A DNA stretch of 64,000 nucleotides from Bacteroidales bacterium (GTDB taxonomy: Bacteria > Bacteroidota > Bacteroidia > Bacteroidales > WCHB1-69). Position 1 is the stretch's first letter. Each line of letters opens with the position of its first letter. The notes under the pieces are model-generated. The model did no database searches, was not told the origin of the DNA, and saw only the letters and a list, made by a program, of their open reading frames with translations. The stretch is taken from contig JAFZXM010000015.1 of assembly GCA_017616775.1 (NCBI GenBank), positions 26,495 through 90,494 of the forward strand, in the 5' to 3' direction. The translations under genes and the position numbers were made by a program. Below are positions 52,064-61,743 of this stretch, piece after piece.

Positions 52064-52981
52064 TCAGAATGCCAAGAATCCGATTCCTAATTTGAATTGC
52101 AACCAATAGGCGCCTAAAATGCGGGTATGGGCATATGCACGGAATGTATTGCCGTTGCCGAAAAAATCATTAAAAAGGCCCTTGTAACCTCCGAAAGTAG
52201 TACCTAAAGAGACTCCTAACGACAATTTAAAAAAATTCACCGGCCAAAAATCATAGCCATATTCTATCTTCATTCCGGGTAATACCGATTTTCCATTCCG
52301 TATGGTAGAAAGGGCATAGGGATTTTCGATATCATATTTCCCGTCAGGACAATAGAAAAGTAATTGTTGATTAACGGGTACTTCATCTGTCAAATAGTCG
52401 GGAATGGCATTATACCTATATATAACAGGTTTGCCTGTTTGCTCGTCAATCTCATAATTGCCATCATCATCCCTTTCATACATAGGAGCCCCGTCCATTA
52501 CATATTTGGTGAAATAACAATCGAAATGGAATTTCAGATAATGTCCCACAGGAGCTTGGGAACCTCCGATATATTGTTTATAATAGAGATGAAAGCCGTG
52601 GGCGGTAACATGTCCGTAATAACTACTAAAGTCAGAATATATATCTGTTTCTGAGGTATTTTCGCGATAATACAAATCATCTTGATATCCTTCAAAAGGT
52701 GAGCTCATGAAGTTATAACCAACACCTGCCGTTCCTTTTTTCCAAACAGCCACCTCTATGCCGGGAGCAGCAAAGAAGTTCATATTCAGCCAGACGTATC
52801 TTTTTTTATTATATTCGTATTTGGCCGATATGGCTTGCCGGATATAATTGGGCTGAAGATAGGCCGGCGATGTGCTACCTTCCAAATTAACTATCACCCG
52901 TTTTCCCGCCAGTCCGTAATACTGACCGTTTGCCACCCCCGTTAGGAAAACAACCCATATAAATATCAATATCTTTTTCAT
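52064..52981 (-). CDS. Hypothetical secreted protein with an OMP-like C-terminal beta-signal
   Basis: The signal peptide is MKKILIFIWVVFLTGVANGQ and the composition is rich in Tyr/Gly/Asn. The product ends ...FKLGIGFLAF. The ATG at 52981 is preferred. Confidence 0.55.
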   Translation of the reverse strand: MKKILIFIWVVFLTGVANGQYYGLAGKRVIVNLEGSTSPAYLQPNYIRQAISAKYEYNKKRYVWLNMNFFAAPGIEVAVWKKGTAGVGYNFMSSPFEGYQDDLYYRENTSETDIYSDFSSYYGHVTAHGFHLYYKQYIGGSQAPVGHYLKFHFDCYFTKYVMDGAPMYERDDDGNYEIDEQTGKPVIYRYNAIPDYLTDEVPVNQQLLFYCPDGKYDIENPYALSTIRNGKSVLPGMKIEYGYDFWPVNFFKLSLGVSLGTTFGGYKGLFNDFFGNGNTFRAYAHTRILGAYWLQFKLGIGFLAF

Positions 52982-52983
52982 AA

Positions 52984-55074
52984 CTACTGAGTTAAACAAG
53001 AACGAAGTTGGGTATAAATAAAATCATCCATCACCACACGGGCACTCACCTCCTCATCGTGCAAGAATTTAACGGCCTTGGTTTTACCTGTCACAATATC
53101 GGCCATCATAAATTGTGCCACTACAGAGTAACTGGGGAAGGCATAGGTGACTAAAGCAAAAGGAAGCATTATAGGATATGCAAGCGTGGAAACGGTATAT
53201 AAATATTTGCTCCAAGATTTATAGTTGTCGGGTATCCGACGAACTCCGGTATAGCAAACGTATCGCACACCCGAGGTGTCTATGATATTCTCCATGCCCG
53301 CGGAGGTGTAATAAATCATAGATACCGCTCCGGCATTGATATAATCGGTAAGCCAACGTTGCCAACTTGCAGTTTCGTTATATTGTTGCGTATTGCATTG
53401 CTTGCCGGGAAGAGCACCCACCACAACAGGACTCACATCATAGTGTTTGGCAGTGCGGATCATCAACTTCAACAAATGGTCGGAATAGCGTTCGGAGGCC
53501 CGTTCTTTCCGCGCATTCTTAAGATTATAAAAATTCACTCTGGGGGAAATTATCATCAATACTTTGGTGTCATTTATTCCCTGCCGGGAGATGGCATTCA
53601 ATATCTGCTCGTTAACCAAATCCGACACCACACTGTTCATTATTGTGAAAAAAGTGCTGTCGCTGTGGATATCCACTAACATATAATTCACTGTTTTAAA
53701 CTTCGGGTTGGGCAACACTTTGGCTTGGGACGCTCTATTAAGTCTATCGTATTTGGAACCGGCCTTCAGCGTATCTTCTTTCTGATAATCCTGTATATCC
53801 TCTATTGCGACAGTTTGCGGATAGTCGCAAAAGTCGGTGTATTGCATTTTCTCCGTGACAAATATATCTGTCATGATATCATTGATCACCATTTGATAAT
53901 AGTTGTCTTCGGGATATTTCAGGTGTGCCTGCCATGCTTTGCGCAAAGCCAGCGCCGACCATTCATTGCGGGTTAACTTGCTGAAGAAATAGTTCACCTG
54001 CTGCATCTCTCCCTCCACTTCGCGATAGGGCTGATAAGCGGTAGCGGTTGAAGAATTGAGTCTGTGTTTGGAGCCGCCATAAAAGGAGGCCACTTCCGCT
54101 TTATCCAAAACAGCCTCGTCCGGATATTGGCGTTTTAAAACAAAACTATTATACAAAGCCTTGTCATATTGGTGCTCTTGCAGAAAGATATCCACACATA
54201 TCAGCTTGGCCTGTTTGTTCATTTCTTTAAACAATTCTTCGGATTGTATGAATCGCTTGCGATTGGCATCGGAAAAAGATGCTGCCAAGGCTTTGGCAAC
54301 AATTCTGCGTTTTTCCAAATTAGGATGCGTGGACAAGGTGTCGGTAACACCGGAAAAATCTGAAACGGGGCTGACATTGGTAAGGAAATAGTTGTCGGGA
54401 AAATGGTAAAAATCGGTCTCCACCTCTGTTCTCGGATAAGGAATATTGTCAAAAGGCAGACTTGCATATTTGAGCACATCATATACACCATCCAGAATAT
54501 CACAACTATATTCGGTATGGATATAAAATTTCATCAGCCCGACACTATCCGCTTCATTTTCATGCTCGCGGGAGTATTGGTGATACTTTAAATATTTGGC
54601 TATATAATTGTCACGACTGGAGCGTTTGACAACCATATGTTTATGGTGCTCGGAAATGTGGGCGATTTCGTGCGAAAGCACAAAGGCCAGTTCCGCTTCG
54701 TTACTCACTTGGGCTATCAATCCCATATTGACAATGATTATCCCGTTTTGAAAGGCATATGCGTTTACATCTGCCGACAGAGACACAAAACAATGAATCT
54801 GTCCGGCAAGCTGGGGATGACCGGCTAGCAATGTCTCCGCTATGGCATCCACATATTTGTTCAGCGGTGTACCATACAGAATACGCCCTTCTTTCACCCA
54901 CTGCACCAACCTTGCATTGTAATTTCCGGATGATTGCGGTGTGTTGAGAACTTCCTCCAGCACAGCGGGAAAATCACCTTGCGACAATGGCATGTTGAAG
55001 GCAGTTTGAGCCGTCAACTCCTGTGTTATTCCTATCCACACAAAAAAGATGAGAAAAACAGACCGGATTTTCAT
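52984..55074 (-). CDS. M48-family zinc metallopeptidase fused to a roughly 400-aa uncharacterised C-terminal region
   Basis: Has a signal peptide and HEIAH at nt 54658-54672, followed by ...ENEAD (the downstream glutamate region). I recognise nothing in the remainder. Confidence 0.7.
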   Translation of the reverse strand: MKIRSVFLIFFVWIGITQELTAQTAFNMPLSQGDFPAVLEEVLNTPQSSGNYNARLVQWVKEGRILYGTPLNKYVDAIAETLLAGHPQLAGQIHCFVSLSADVNAYAFQNGIIIVNMGLIAQVSNEAELAFVLSHEIAHISEHHKHMVVKRSSRDNYIAKYLKYHQYSREHENEADSVGLMKFYIHTEYSCDILDGVYDVLKYASLPFDNIPYPRTEVETDFYHFPDNYFLTNVSPVSDFSGVTDTLSTHPNLEKRRIVAKALAASFSDANRKRFIQSEELFKEMNKQAKLICVDIFLQEHQYDKALYNSFVLKRQYPDEAVLDKAEVASFYGGSKHRLNSSTATAYQPYREVEGEMQQVNYFFSKLTRNEWSALALRKAWQAHLKYPEDNYYQMVINDIMTDIFVTEKMQYTDFCDYPQTVAIEDIQDYQKEDTLKAGSKYDRLNRASQAKVLPNPKFKTVNYMLVDIHSDSTFFTIMNSVVSDLVNEQILNAISRQGINDTKVLMIISPRVNFYNLKNARKERASERYSDHLLKLMIRTAKHYDVSPVVVGALPGKQCNTQQYNETASWQRWLTDYINAGAVSMIYYTSAGMENIIDTSGVRYVCYTGVRRIPDNYKSWSKYLYTVSTLAYPIMLPFALVTYAFPSYSVVAQFMMADIVTGKTKAVKFLHDEEVSARVVMDDFIYTQLRSCLTQ

Positions 55075-55083
55075 ACCTCTTGC

Positions 55084-56607
55084 TTAAAAAGAATAGTCAA
55101 CCTTGATGATTTCAGCTTTGTTTTTCTTGTTCGTACCGATGCCCAATACATAATCATCATCCATAATCAACGGATAAACCAAACGGTTTTTGGTCTCTTT
55201 TCCGTTCATGATTAATTTGCTTGCAATAGGCTGTCCGGGAACAATAACAGCAAACACGGAAGCTTGTTTGGGTGACATGGTGGGTTTGCTTAAATAACCT
55301 GTTTTGCCTGTGTAATTGGCTATAGCATCATTATAGAAGATATAGAGTTTGTTGTTATGCATCAAAGGAGTGTAGGAAAATCCTTGGGAACGCAAATAAT
55401 GAGTGTCTGATAATGAACTTGAAGATGCCAATTGCCCCTTCTTAATAACGCGAAAATCGTTAATCTTACCGGTAGCATCGGCATAAACCACGGAAATATT
55501 CTGGGCATAGAAACTATAGGTAGTCATTCCTTTGCTGTCAACATAACAAATGGTGGTTCTCATCTCTCCGAGCAAAACCAAATTACCATCCTCATATTCC
55601 TCAATATATTGGGCCTTGGTGGAATAATTGCTCATGGCAGGCTGTATTCCGAATACTATCGACTTTGTATAATAATCGCCGGGAAACTTTATGTTGTCTA
55701 TAGTAAAATCACTGCGCTGGATATCAAATTTGGCCCAAAAAGCACCGACTTCATTTTTGGACAAATTGTCACAATAAAAACCGCCTAAAACAACATTGCC
55801 GTCTTTGCTCACCTTCAACTTGGCAGAGGACAGATATCCGAATTTGATACTTTCTTCATAAGTGCGCTCATCGTCGGATGTAATCACGACAAACTGGAGG
55901 GTTTCATTCCTGCGTGCAGTTTTGGTGACATCGGAGTAAGACACTACGGCTGCATAAGCTGTTGCGTTATTGTCAAGCACAAAATCCAAAATAGAAAACG
56001 TATTATCTGAAATATCAAAATTCAACACATTCTCCCATAATTGCTCTCCTTTTTCTCCATAACATTTGGCCATGGAACCTTTGAAATCTTTCTTCTTTGA
56101 AGCCACTACCACTGCAAAAGCCAGTTTCTTTTTGTCAGGAGACACCGAATGGAAAAGATAAATGCCGTCACGCTTTTCCGCCGTCATGGAAAACACCTTC
56201 TCCACATCGGCTTGCACCTCATTTTCACGCTTGTTTACAGTGCTCAGATACAACGAGTAGGTCTTCGTTTTTTTCTGCCATTCGCTATACAATATATATA
56301 TATTATCTTCATCTTCATACATATTGACATAGTCGAGTGTACCATAATGCTGACATTGGATTTCCGACATGGCCAGCCCGTCTTTGTCCAGCACATACAT
56401 TTTATCGTCAAGCATCTTTTCGGGATTTATGCCCGATATACCGGGCTGATAGATATACAGATGATTGTCGGAACTCACCAAATGCCCTTCTGCAACCACA
56501 GTTGCCACATAGGATGTTATAATATTATCTTTTAACACAGTAACATTCTGCCCGCATAAAGTATGGGCAACTACCGCCATTAGGCATATTAAGACTTCTT
56601 TTTTCAT
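55084..56607 (-). CDS. Hypothetical secreted protein (507 aa) with an OMP-like C-terminal beta-signal
   Basis: Has a signal peptide and a beta-rich repetitive composition. The product ends ...AEIIKVDYSF, with alternating hydrophobic residues and a terminal Phe. Confidence 0.55.
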   Translation of the reverse strand: MKKEVLICLMAVVAHTLCGQNVTVLKDNIITSYVATVVAEGHLVSSDNHLYIYQPGISGINPEKMLDDKMYVLDKDGLAMSEIQCQHYGTLDYVNMYEDEDNIYILYSEWQKKTKTYSLYLSTVNKRENEVQADVEKVFSMTAEKRDGIYLFHSVSPDKKKLAFAVVVASKKKDFKGSMAKCYGEKGEQLWENVLNFDISDNTFSILDFVLDNNATAYAAVVSYSDVTKTARRNETLQFVVITSDDERTYEESIKFGYLSSAKLKVSKDGNVVLGGFYCDNLSKNEVGAFWAKFDIQRSDFTIDNIKFPGDYYTKSIVFGIQPAMSNYSTKAQYIEEYEDGNLVLLGEMRTTICYVDSKGMTTYSFYAQNISVVYADATGKINDFRVIKKGQLASSSSLSDTHYLRSQGFSYTPLMHNNKLYIFYNDAIANYTGKTGYLSKPTMSPKQASVFAVIVPGQPIASKLIMNGKETKNRLVYPLIMDDDYVLGIGTNKKNKAEIIKVDYSF

Positions 56608-56612
56608 ATTGA

Positions 56613-56637
56613 TATAAATTATTGTTATAAATTATTG
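56613..56637. repeat. 12-nt direct repeat TATAAATTATTG x2 (13-nt period), followed by a partial third copy
   Basis: Read directly from the sequence. It begins 6 nt upstream of the ATG at 56607. Confidence 0.8.
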
Positions 56638-56708
56638 ATAAATATCGGTTTGTTTAACGCCGGATGCGGGCATTCGATTACCCTTCACCTCTATGCATTT
56701 TTATTTTG

Positions 56709-56716
56709 CAAAAATA
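56709..56716 (-). promoter_or_regulatory. -7 promoter box (TATTTTTG on the minus strand) for the 56607-52064 operon
   Basis: Matches TAnnTTTG, about 100 nt upstream of the ATG at 56607. Confidence 0.35.
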
Positions 56717-56822
56717 CTCATTATTATTCAAAATAATCATATTTCCTCATTTTTTTTGCATGCAATTGTAAAAAAAACTGTCACAACAAGTTGATTGTTA
56801 TATTATTATAAAACAATACAAA

Positions 56823-56840
56823 CAGCATCATCACATGCTG
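56823..56840 (-). terminator. Candidate terminator after rnr
   Basis: On the minus strand the sequence is CAGCAT-gtgatg-ATGCTG followed by TTTGTATTGTTTT. Confidence 0.4.
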
Positions 56841-56909
56841 CAGGGCAAAAAAATGCGGACACATGCCGTAGTGATCAGGCTAAAGCAAAAACTTTTAGCA
56901 ACAAAAGCA

Positions 56910-59108
56910 TCAAAATGCACCGGTGTTTTCACTATTGACAAACTCGAAATCCATTTGTTTTTTTGCCAAATTCACATCTTTCACTTTCACGGTCACTTTG
57001 CTTCCTATTCTATACATTCTGCCACTATGTTGACCTATGAAACAATAATTTTCTTCATCATAGTAATAGAAATCGTCAACAAGTGTTTTCACCGGAACCA
57101 TGCCTTCGCATTTGGTTTCTTCCAATTGCACCCATATTCCCCACTTGCTCACGCCGGAAATATATCCTTCGAATATTTGACCTATTTTATCGGCTAAAAA
57201 TTCGGCTTGCTTGTATTTTACCGAATTGCGTTCCGCCTCTGTGGCACGCTGTTCCATGTCGGAAGAATGCTTGCATTTTTCTTCCAACTCTTCTTTATTT
57301 ACCGATGCTTTACCCGCCAAATACAAAATAAGCAAACGGTGCACCATTAAATCGGGATAGCGGCGTATGGGAGAGGTAAAATGGGTATAATATTTGAAAG
57401 CCAGTCCATAGTGTCCTATATTGTCGGTGGAATAGGAAGCCCTTTGCATGGTGCGTATGGCTAAAGATTCTATCATATTTTGTTCCCCTTTGCCCTGTAC
57501 ATCTTTTAACAATTGATTCATGGAATGAGCCAGGCTTTTGCGGGAGTTCACCTTCAAACCATAACCGAACCGGGTGATAAAATTATTGAATTTGTTTATT
57601 TTTTCATCCATAGGCTTGTCATGAACACGATATACAAAGCTTTTGGCTTCTTTACCCTGCGGTACTTTTCCCACATATTCCGCAACCTTACGGTTGGCCA
57701 AAAGCATAAAATCTTCCACCAGCCGGTTGGAATCCTTATTCTCTTTGACATACACACCTATAGGTTTGGCTTTTTCATCCAAAACAAATTTCACCTCTTC
57801 GCTTGAAAAGTTAATGTAGCCGTGAGCAAACCTTTCTTCACGCAACATTTTTGCCAATTTGTCCAAATTCAATATTTCTTCCGCATATTCTCCGGCCTTG
57901 TTTTCTATTATCTGCTGCACTTCGTCATAATCGAACCGGCGATTGGAATTGATGACGGTTCTTCCTATCCACGTTTTGTGCACTTTAGCCGTATTGTCCA
58001 ATTCCATTACCACCGAAAAGCACAATTTATCCTCATGCGGGCGCAAAGAGCAGATATTATTGCACAATTTTTCCGGTAACATAGGATACGTTCTGTCAAC
58101 CAGATACACAGAAGTTCCTCTTTTGTAAGCTTCTTTATCTATCGCCAGGCCTTCTTTAACATAATACGACACATCGGCTATATGCACGCCCACCTGATAA
58201 TATCCGTTGGGGAGTATTTGACAGGAGATGGCGTCATCAAAGTCTTTGGCATCGGCAGGGTCTATGGTGATGGTAAACACATCTCTGAAATCACGCCGTG
58301 CATAAATTTCTTTTTCGGGAATAGCGGCAGAAATTTGTTCTGCCTCCGTGAGGGCTTGCGGTGAAAATTCGGGGGTAAAATTTTGGTCTATCAATATGGA
58401 AAGCATTTCCACCTCGTTATTTCCCGGATAGCCCAACACTTGCTTCACCTTACCGAAGGGATTGCGGGCATGTTCCGACCATTCGGTGATAACAGCCATT
58501 ACCTTTTGACCGTTTTTGGCACCGTGCAATTCATTATTCGGTATAAGAATATCTATCGGCATTTCCTCGTCATCGGGAATAAAATAAGAAAGATTTCTGC
58601 CCCATTTTATGGTTCCGACAAATATTTCTTTATTGCGTTGCAATATTTCTATCACCCTTCCTTCGGGCTGTTTGCCCTTACGGGCAGGAAAAAGATGCAC
58701 CCTTACCCTGTCTCCGTTAAGAGCATGGCCTGTATTATTAGCGGCTATAAACACATCATCCCCCGCGGCTTTATCCGACAGCAAATAAGCTTTGCCCGTG
58801 GGCTTCATTTGCAACCGTCCTTCCAAAATATGCCCTTTGTCGGCTACTATATGTATGGGATTAAGTTTGTATTTTCCCCTATTTCCTTCTATCAACACCT
58901 TATTTTGCACCAGCTCGTCCACCGCATTGCGCACCAGCACTCTGTCTTCTTTACTGCTCACGCCCAACTGTGCCGATATTTGCTTATAGTTAAAATACTG
59001 ATAAGGCGATCGGCTGAAAGCCTCCAGCACCTTGGCGTTAAACAAGGTATTGCTGCTGTTTTTGTCTATTTTTTTATTTCTTTTTCGCATAATTTTTTTG
59101 TTTTCCAT
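56910..59108 (-). CDS. rnr: Ribonuclease R
   Basis: Has a basic N-terminus, cold-shock/OB-fold region, the RNB catalytic domain (DPADAKDFDDA) and a C-terminal S1 domain. Confidence 0.92.
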   Translation of the reverse strand: MENKKIMRKRNKKIDKNSSNTLFNAKVLEAFSRSPYQYFNYKQISAQLGVSSKEDRVLVRNAVDELVQNKVLIEGNRGKYKLNPIHIVADKGHILEGRLQMKPTGKAYLLSDKAAGDDVFIAANNTGHALNGDRVRVHLFPARKGKQPEGRVIEILQRNKEIFVGTIKWGRNLSYFIPDDEEMPIDILIPNNELHGAKNGQKVMAVITEWSEHARNPFGKVKQVLGYPGNNEVEMLSILIDQNFTPEFSPQALTEAEQISAAIPEKEIYARRDFRDVFTITIDPADAKDFDDAISCQILPNGYYQVGVHIADVSYYVKEGLAIDKEAYKRGTSVYLVDRTYPMLPEKLCNNICSLRPHEDKLCFSVVMELDNTAKVHKTWIGRTVINSNRRFDYDEVQQIIENKAGEYAEEILNLDKLAKMLREERFAHGYINFSSEEVKFVLDEKAKPIGVYVKENKDSNRLVEDFMLLANRKVAEYVGKVPQGKEAKSFVYRVHDKPMDEKINKFNNFITRFGYGLKVNSRKSLAHSMNQLLKDVQGKGEQNMIESLAIRTMQRASYSTDNIGHYGLAFKYYTHFTSPIRRYPDLMVHRLLILYLAGKASVNKEELEEKCKHSSDMEQRATEAERNSVKYKQAEFLADKIGQIFEGYISGVSKWGIWVQLEETKCEGMVPVKTLVDDFYYYDEENYCFIGQHSGRMYRIGSKVTVKVKDVNLAKKQMDFEFVNSENTGAF

Positions 59109-59431
59109 GTTGTTTTTTGAGAATTGTATTCCATAGTGTCCCCTTTGTGAGTAATAAAGGACAAAACATACCCTCCTTCTTCTTGCGGATGCATGGTGAA
59201 AACACCGGTGACGGAAGTATTGGAGGGAAACACCTGTTCCAAATTTTGAGGCATCCTGCCCGAATCGGCCTGATAGCGCTCTATCTGTAATATCACCTTA
59301 CGGGCATACCGCATCATATTTTTTTCATATACATTGCGCTGATTATATATAAAACAGGCTGCCAAACCAAGAGCACCTATCACTGTTATCCACTTCAACA
59401 ATGCCGGTTGTAAGGATTTTTCGGACATCAT
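59066..59431 (-). CDS. Hypothetical small membrane-anchored protein (121 aa)
   Basis: Has one TM helix (WITVIGALGLAACFIY). Its 3' end overlaps the rnr start by 43 nt, and it begins 7 nt downstream of recO. Confidence 0.45.
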   Translation of the reverse strand: MMSEKSLQPALLKWITVIGALGLAACFIYNQRNVYEKNMMRYARKVILQIERYQADSGRMPQNLEQVFPSNTSVTGVFTMHPQEEGGYVLSFITHKGDTMEYNSQKTTWKTKKLCEKEIKK

Positions 59432-59438
59432 GCAGGCT

Positions 59439-60146
59439 TTAATCGTGTAACAGGGATTTCAAAATTTCCAAAGATTTTATTCCCGACAAATCCGCTATAT
59501 GCAATGTATAATAATTCAACAGGCAATCCAACAGTGCATTGCGGACATCTTTGGGCACCACTTGTTCCTGACAACAAGGATACAAATCCTGAGTCATAAG
59601 TTGGTGCAACCAATAAGCGGTTTGCTGCTGCAAACAGGAAGCATTCTCACTACGGTAAAAATGAGCTGACTGTTCGTCAAACACCCAATCCGAATGATAA
59701 TTATCCACAGGAGACACTCCTGTTTTCATGGCATTATGCACCAAAAACCGCAAATGGAAATCCGGCACAAAATCACGTTCGCAAAATACATCCACAGCCT
59801 TATACACAAACGAAAACATACATTCATCCCCGCCGGCGTCGGCTAACAGCCGGTACAACACCTCATTCAAGAACATGCTTACCGCCGCCTTCGGCAGCTG
59901 ATAATGAACGCCCATGGCGGAATTGACATATTCCACATCCCGCAAAAAAGCAAAATTGCCATTCTCCCGCTTGCTGGAACAAAAATTCACCAAAGTCATA
60001 GGACGCAAAGCATCATTCCTCTGCTTTTTGGAACGCATTACCATATAGGCATTGGTACCCCCCGGAGTATATATCTTCACTATATTCCTGGTATCCGAAT
60101 AAGGTATTGTATGCAATACTATGCCTTTGTATTTATCTGTATCCAT
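59439..60146 (-). CDS. recO: DNA repair protein RecO
   Basis: The 235-aa product has an OB-fold N-terminus (GIVLHTIPYSDT..IVKIYT) and the position immediately after era. Confidence 0.8.
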   Translation of the reverse strand: MDTDKYKGIVLHTIPYSDTRNIVKIYTPGGTNAYMVMRSKKQRNDALRPMTLVNFCSSKRENGNFAFLRDVEYVNSAMGVHYQLPKAAVSMFLNEVLYRLLADAGGDECMFSFVYKAVDVFCERDFVPDFHLRFLVHNAMKTGVSPVDNYHSDWVFDEQSAHFYRSENASCLQQQTAYWLHQLMTQDLYPCCQEQVVPKDVRNALLDCLLNYYTLHIADLSGIKSLEILKSLLHD

Positions 60147-61045
60147 TAAAATCCGTAACCGAAATTTCTTAATCTGTTATCATCATTCCGCCAATCTTTC
60201 TGCACCTTTACACTCAATGTAAGATATACTTTGGTGTCTATGAATTCTTCTATGGCCTTGCGTGAGTGTATCCCCAATTCTTTAATGGCACTGCCCTTGT
60301 GCCCGAGTATGATTCCTTTTTGACTTTCCCTCTCCACGTATATAATGGCATCAATATGTGTTACATTAGCTTGTTCTTTGAATAAGGTAACTTCTATTTC
60401 AACACTATAAGGTATCTCTTTTTGATATAACTGCAATATTTTCTCTCTGATAATCTCCGATACAAAAAATCGCATGGACCTGTCCGTTAACTCATCTTTG
60501 GGAAAATACGGAGGAGAATAAGGCAAAAGCGATACCACCGCTTCCACCACATCTTGTACATGTTCTCCCGTGAGGGCAGATATACAACACACTTTATCGG
60601 GATGAAGCAAATCCTCCCAATACCCTTTGCTTTGCTCCACCTGCTCCAATGAAGCTTTGTCTATTTTATTGATTATAAGAACTATCGGCGTTTGAGAACG
60701 ACGGACACTGTCTATTATGCCTTCAAAATGCTTATGCTCTCCCACCTCTACCATATAAAGCAATATATCACTGTCCTGCAAGGCAGTATCTACATATTGC
60801 ATCATATATTCCTGCATTTTGTAATTAGGCTCCAATATACCGGGAGTATCGGAATATACTATTTGAAAATCCTCACCGTTGACTATGCCCATTATCCTAT
60901 GCCTTGTGGTTTGCGCCTTGGCGGTAATGATAGACAAACGCTCTCCTACCAAAGAATTCATCAAAGTGGATTTGCCCACATTGGGATTTCCCAATATACT
61001 CACAAAGCCAGCTTTATGATTTTTGTTGTCTATTATCGAATCCAT
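60146..61045 (-). CDS. era: GTPase Era
   Basis: Contains GNPNVGKSTL, DTPG and NKID motifs and a KH C-terminus. The ATG at 61045 is preferred. Its TAATG stop/start junction overlaps recO by 1 nt. Confidence 0.93.
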   Translation of the reverse strand: MDSIIDNKNHKAGFVSILGNPNVGKSTLMNSLVGERLSIITAKAQTTRHRIMGIVNGEDFQIVYSDTPGILEPNYKMQEYMMQYVDTALQDSDILLYMVEVGEHKHFEGIIDSVRRSQTPIVLIINKIDKASLEQVEQSKGYWEDLLHPDKVCCISALTGEHVQDVVEAVVSLLPYSPPYFPKDELTDRSMRFFVSEIIREKILQLYQKEIPYSVEIEVTLFKEQANVTHIDAIIYVERESQKGIILGHKGSAIKELGIHSRKAIEEFIDTKVYLTLSVKVQKDWRNDDNRLRNFGYGF

Positions 61046-61046
61046 A

Positions 61047-61529
61047 TTAATATTCTTTTTTATTTTCTGCCAAACGCCACAAATCCATAGGGGCATTGCT
61101 TTCGGGCATGAGTATATGTATTGTTTCTATGCTGCGTTCCGATATCGGTAATTTTATTTCTTTATAAATAAAGCTATCGTCAAAACCTACTGAGGAAGCC
61201 TGATATTTGTCCGCGGCAAAAACCAGCCTGCTCGGCCTTGCCCAATAAATAGCCCCCAAGCACATGGGACAAGGTTCACAACTTGCATAAACGGTGCAAC
61301 CTTGCAATTGAAAAGTACCCAATCGGGCACAAGCATTCCGTATGGCGGTAACTTCGGCATGGGCTGTAGGATCATTATTGGCGGTAACCAAATTGGTGCC
61401 CGTTGCTATTATTTGACCGTCTTTTACTATTATCGCCGCAAAAGGTCCGCCTTTTTTTTGCCTCACATTTTCCTCTGCCAAAGCGATGGCCTGACGCAAA
61501 TACGATTTGTCTATTTCTTGCTGTATCAT
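61047..61529 (-). CDS. CDA-fold nucleoside deaminase, guanine-deaminase (GuaD)-like
   Basis: Contains GGPFAAIIVKDG, DPTAHAEV, CEPCPMC and GFDD.FIY motifs. The ATG at 61529 is preferred. Confidence 0.7.
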   Translation of the reverse strand: MIQQEIDKSYLRQAIALAEENVRQKKGGPFAAIIVKDGQIIATGTNLVTANNDPTAHAEVTAIRNACARLGTFQLQGCTVYASCEPCPMCLGAIYWARPSRLVFAADKYQASSVGFDDSFIYKEIKLPISERSIETIHILMPESNAPMDLWRLAENKKEY

Positions 61530-61533
61530 AATG

Positions 61534-61541
61534 CAAAGGTA
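61534..61541 (-). promoter_or_regulatory. -7 promoter box (TACCTTTG on the minus strand), only 4 nt from the deaminase ATG
   Basis: Matches TAnnTTTG. The spacing implies a leaderless or near-leaderless mRNA. Confidence 0.4.
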
Positions 61542-61743
61542 AGCAAAAAATAATAACAATCAACGGGATATTTTATTTTTTATTAACTTTTATTTTTGCA
61601 AAACCTTTGTATCTGCCAAAAACACTCAACGCCCTGCAACAAAGCGATGCTGCCTTGCAGTGAATTGAAGACCGCCTGACAATTATCAACATTTTTTGTT
61701 AATATATGTAAAAATATAATTATTTGCAAATCAGAATTATAAA

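Noticed and set aside
58383-59120. 245-aa plus-strand ORF antisense to rnr
   Set aside because: It is a shadow ORF inside a well-supported RNase R gene, with low-complexity F/I/H-rich sequence and no independent signals.
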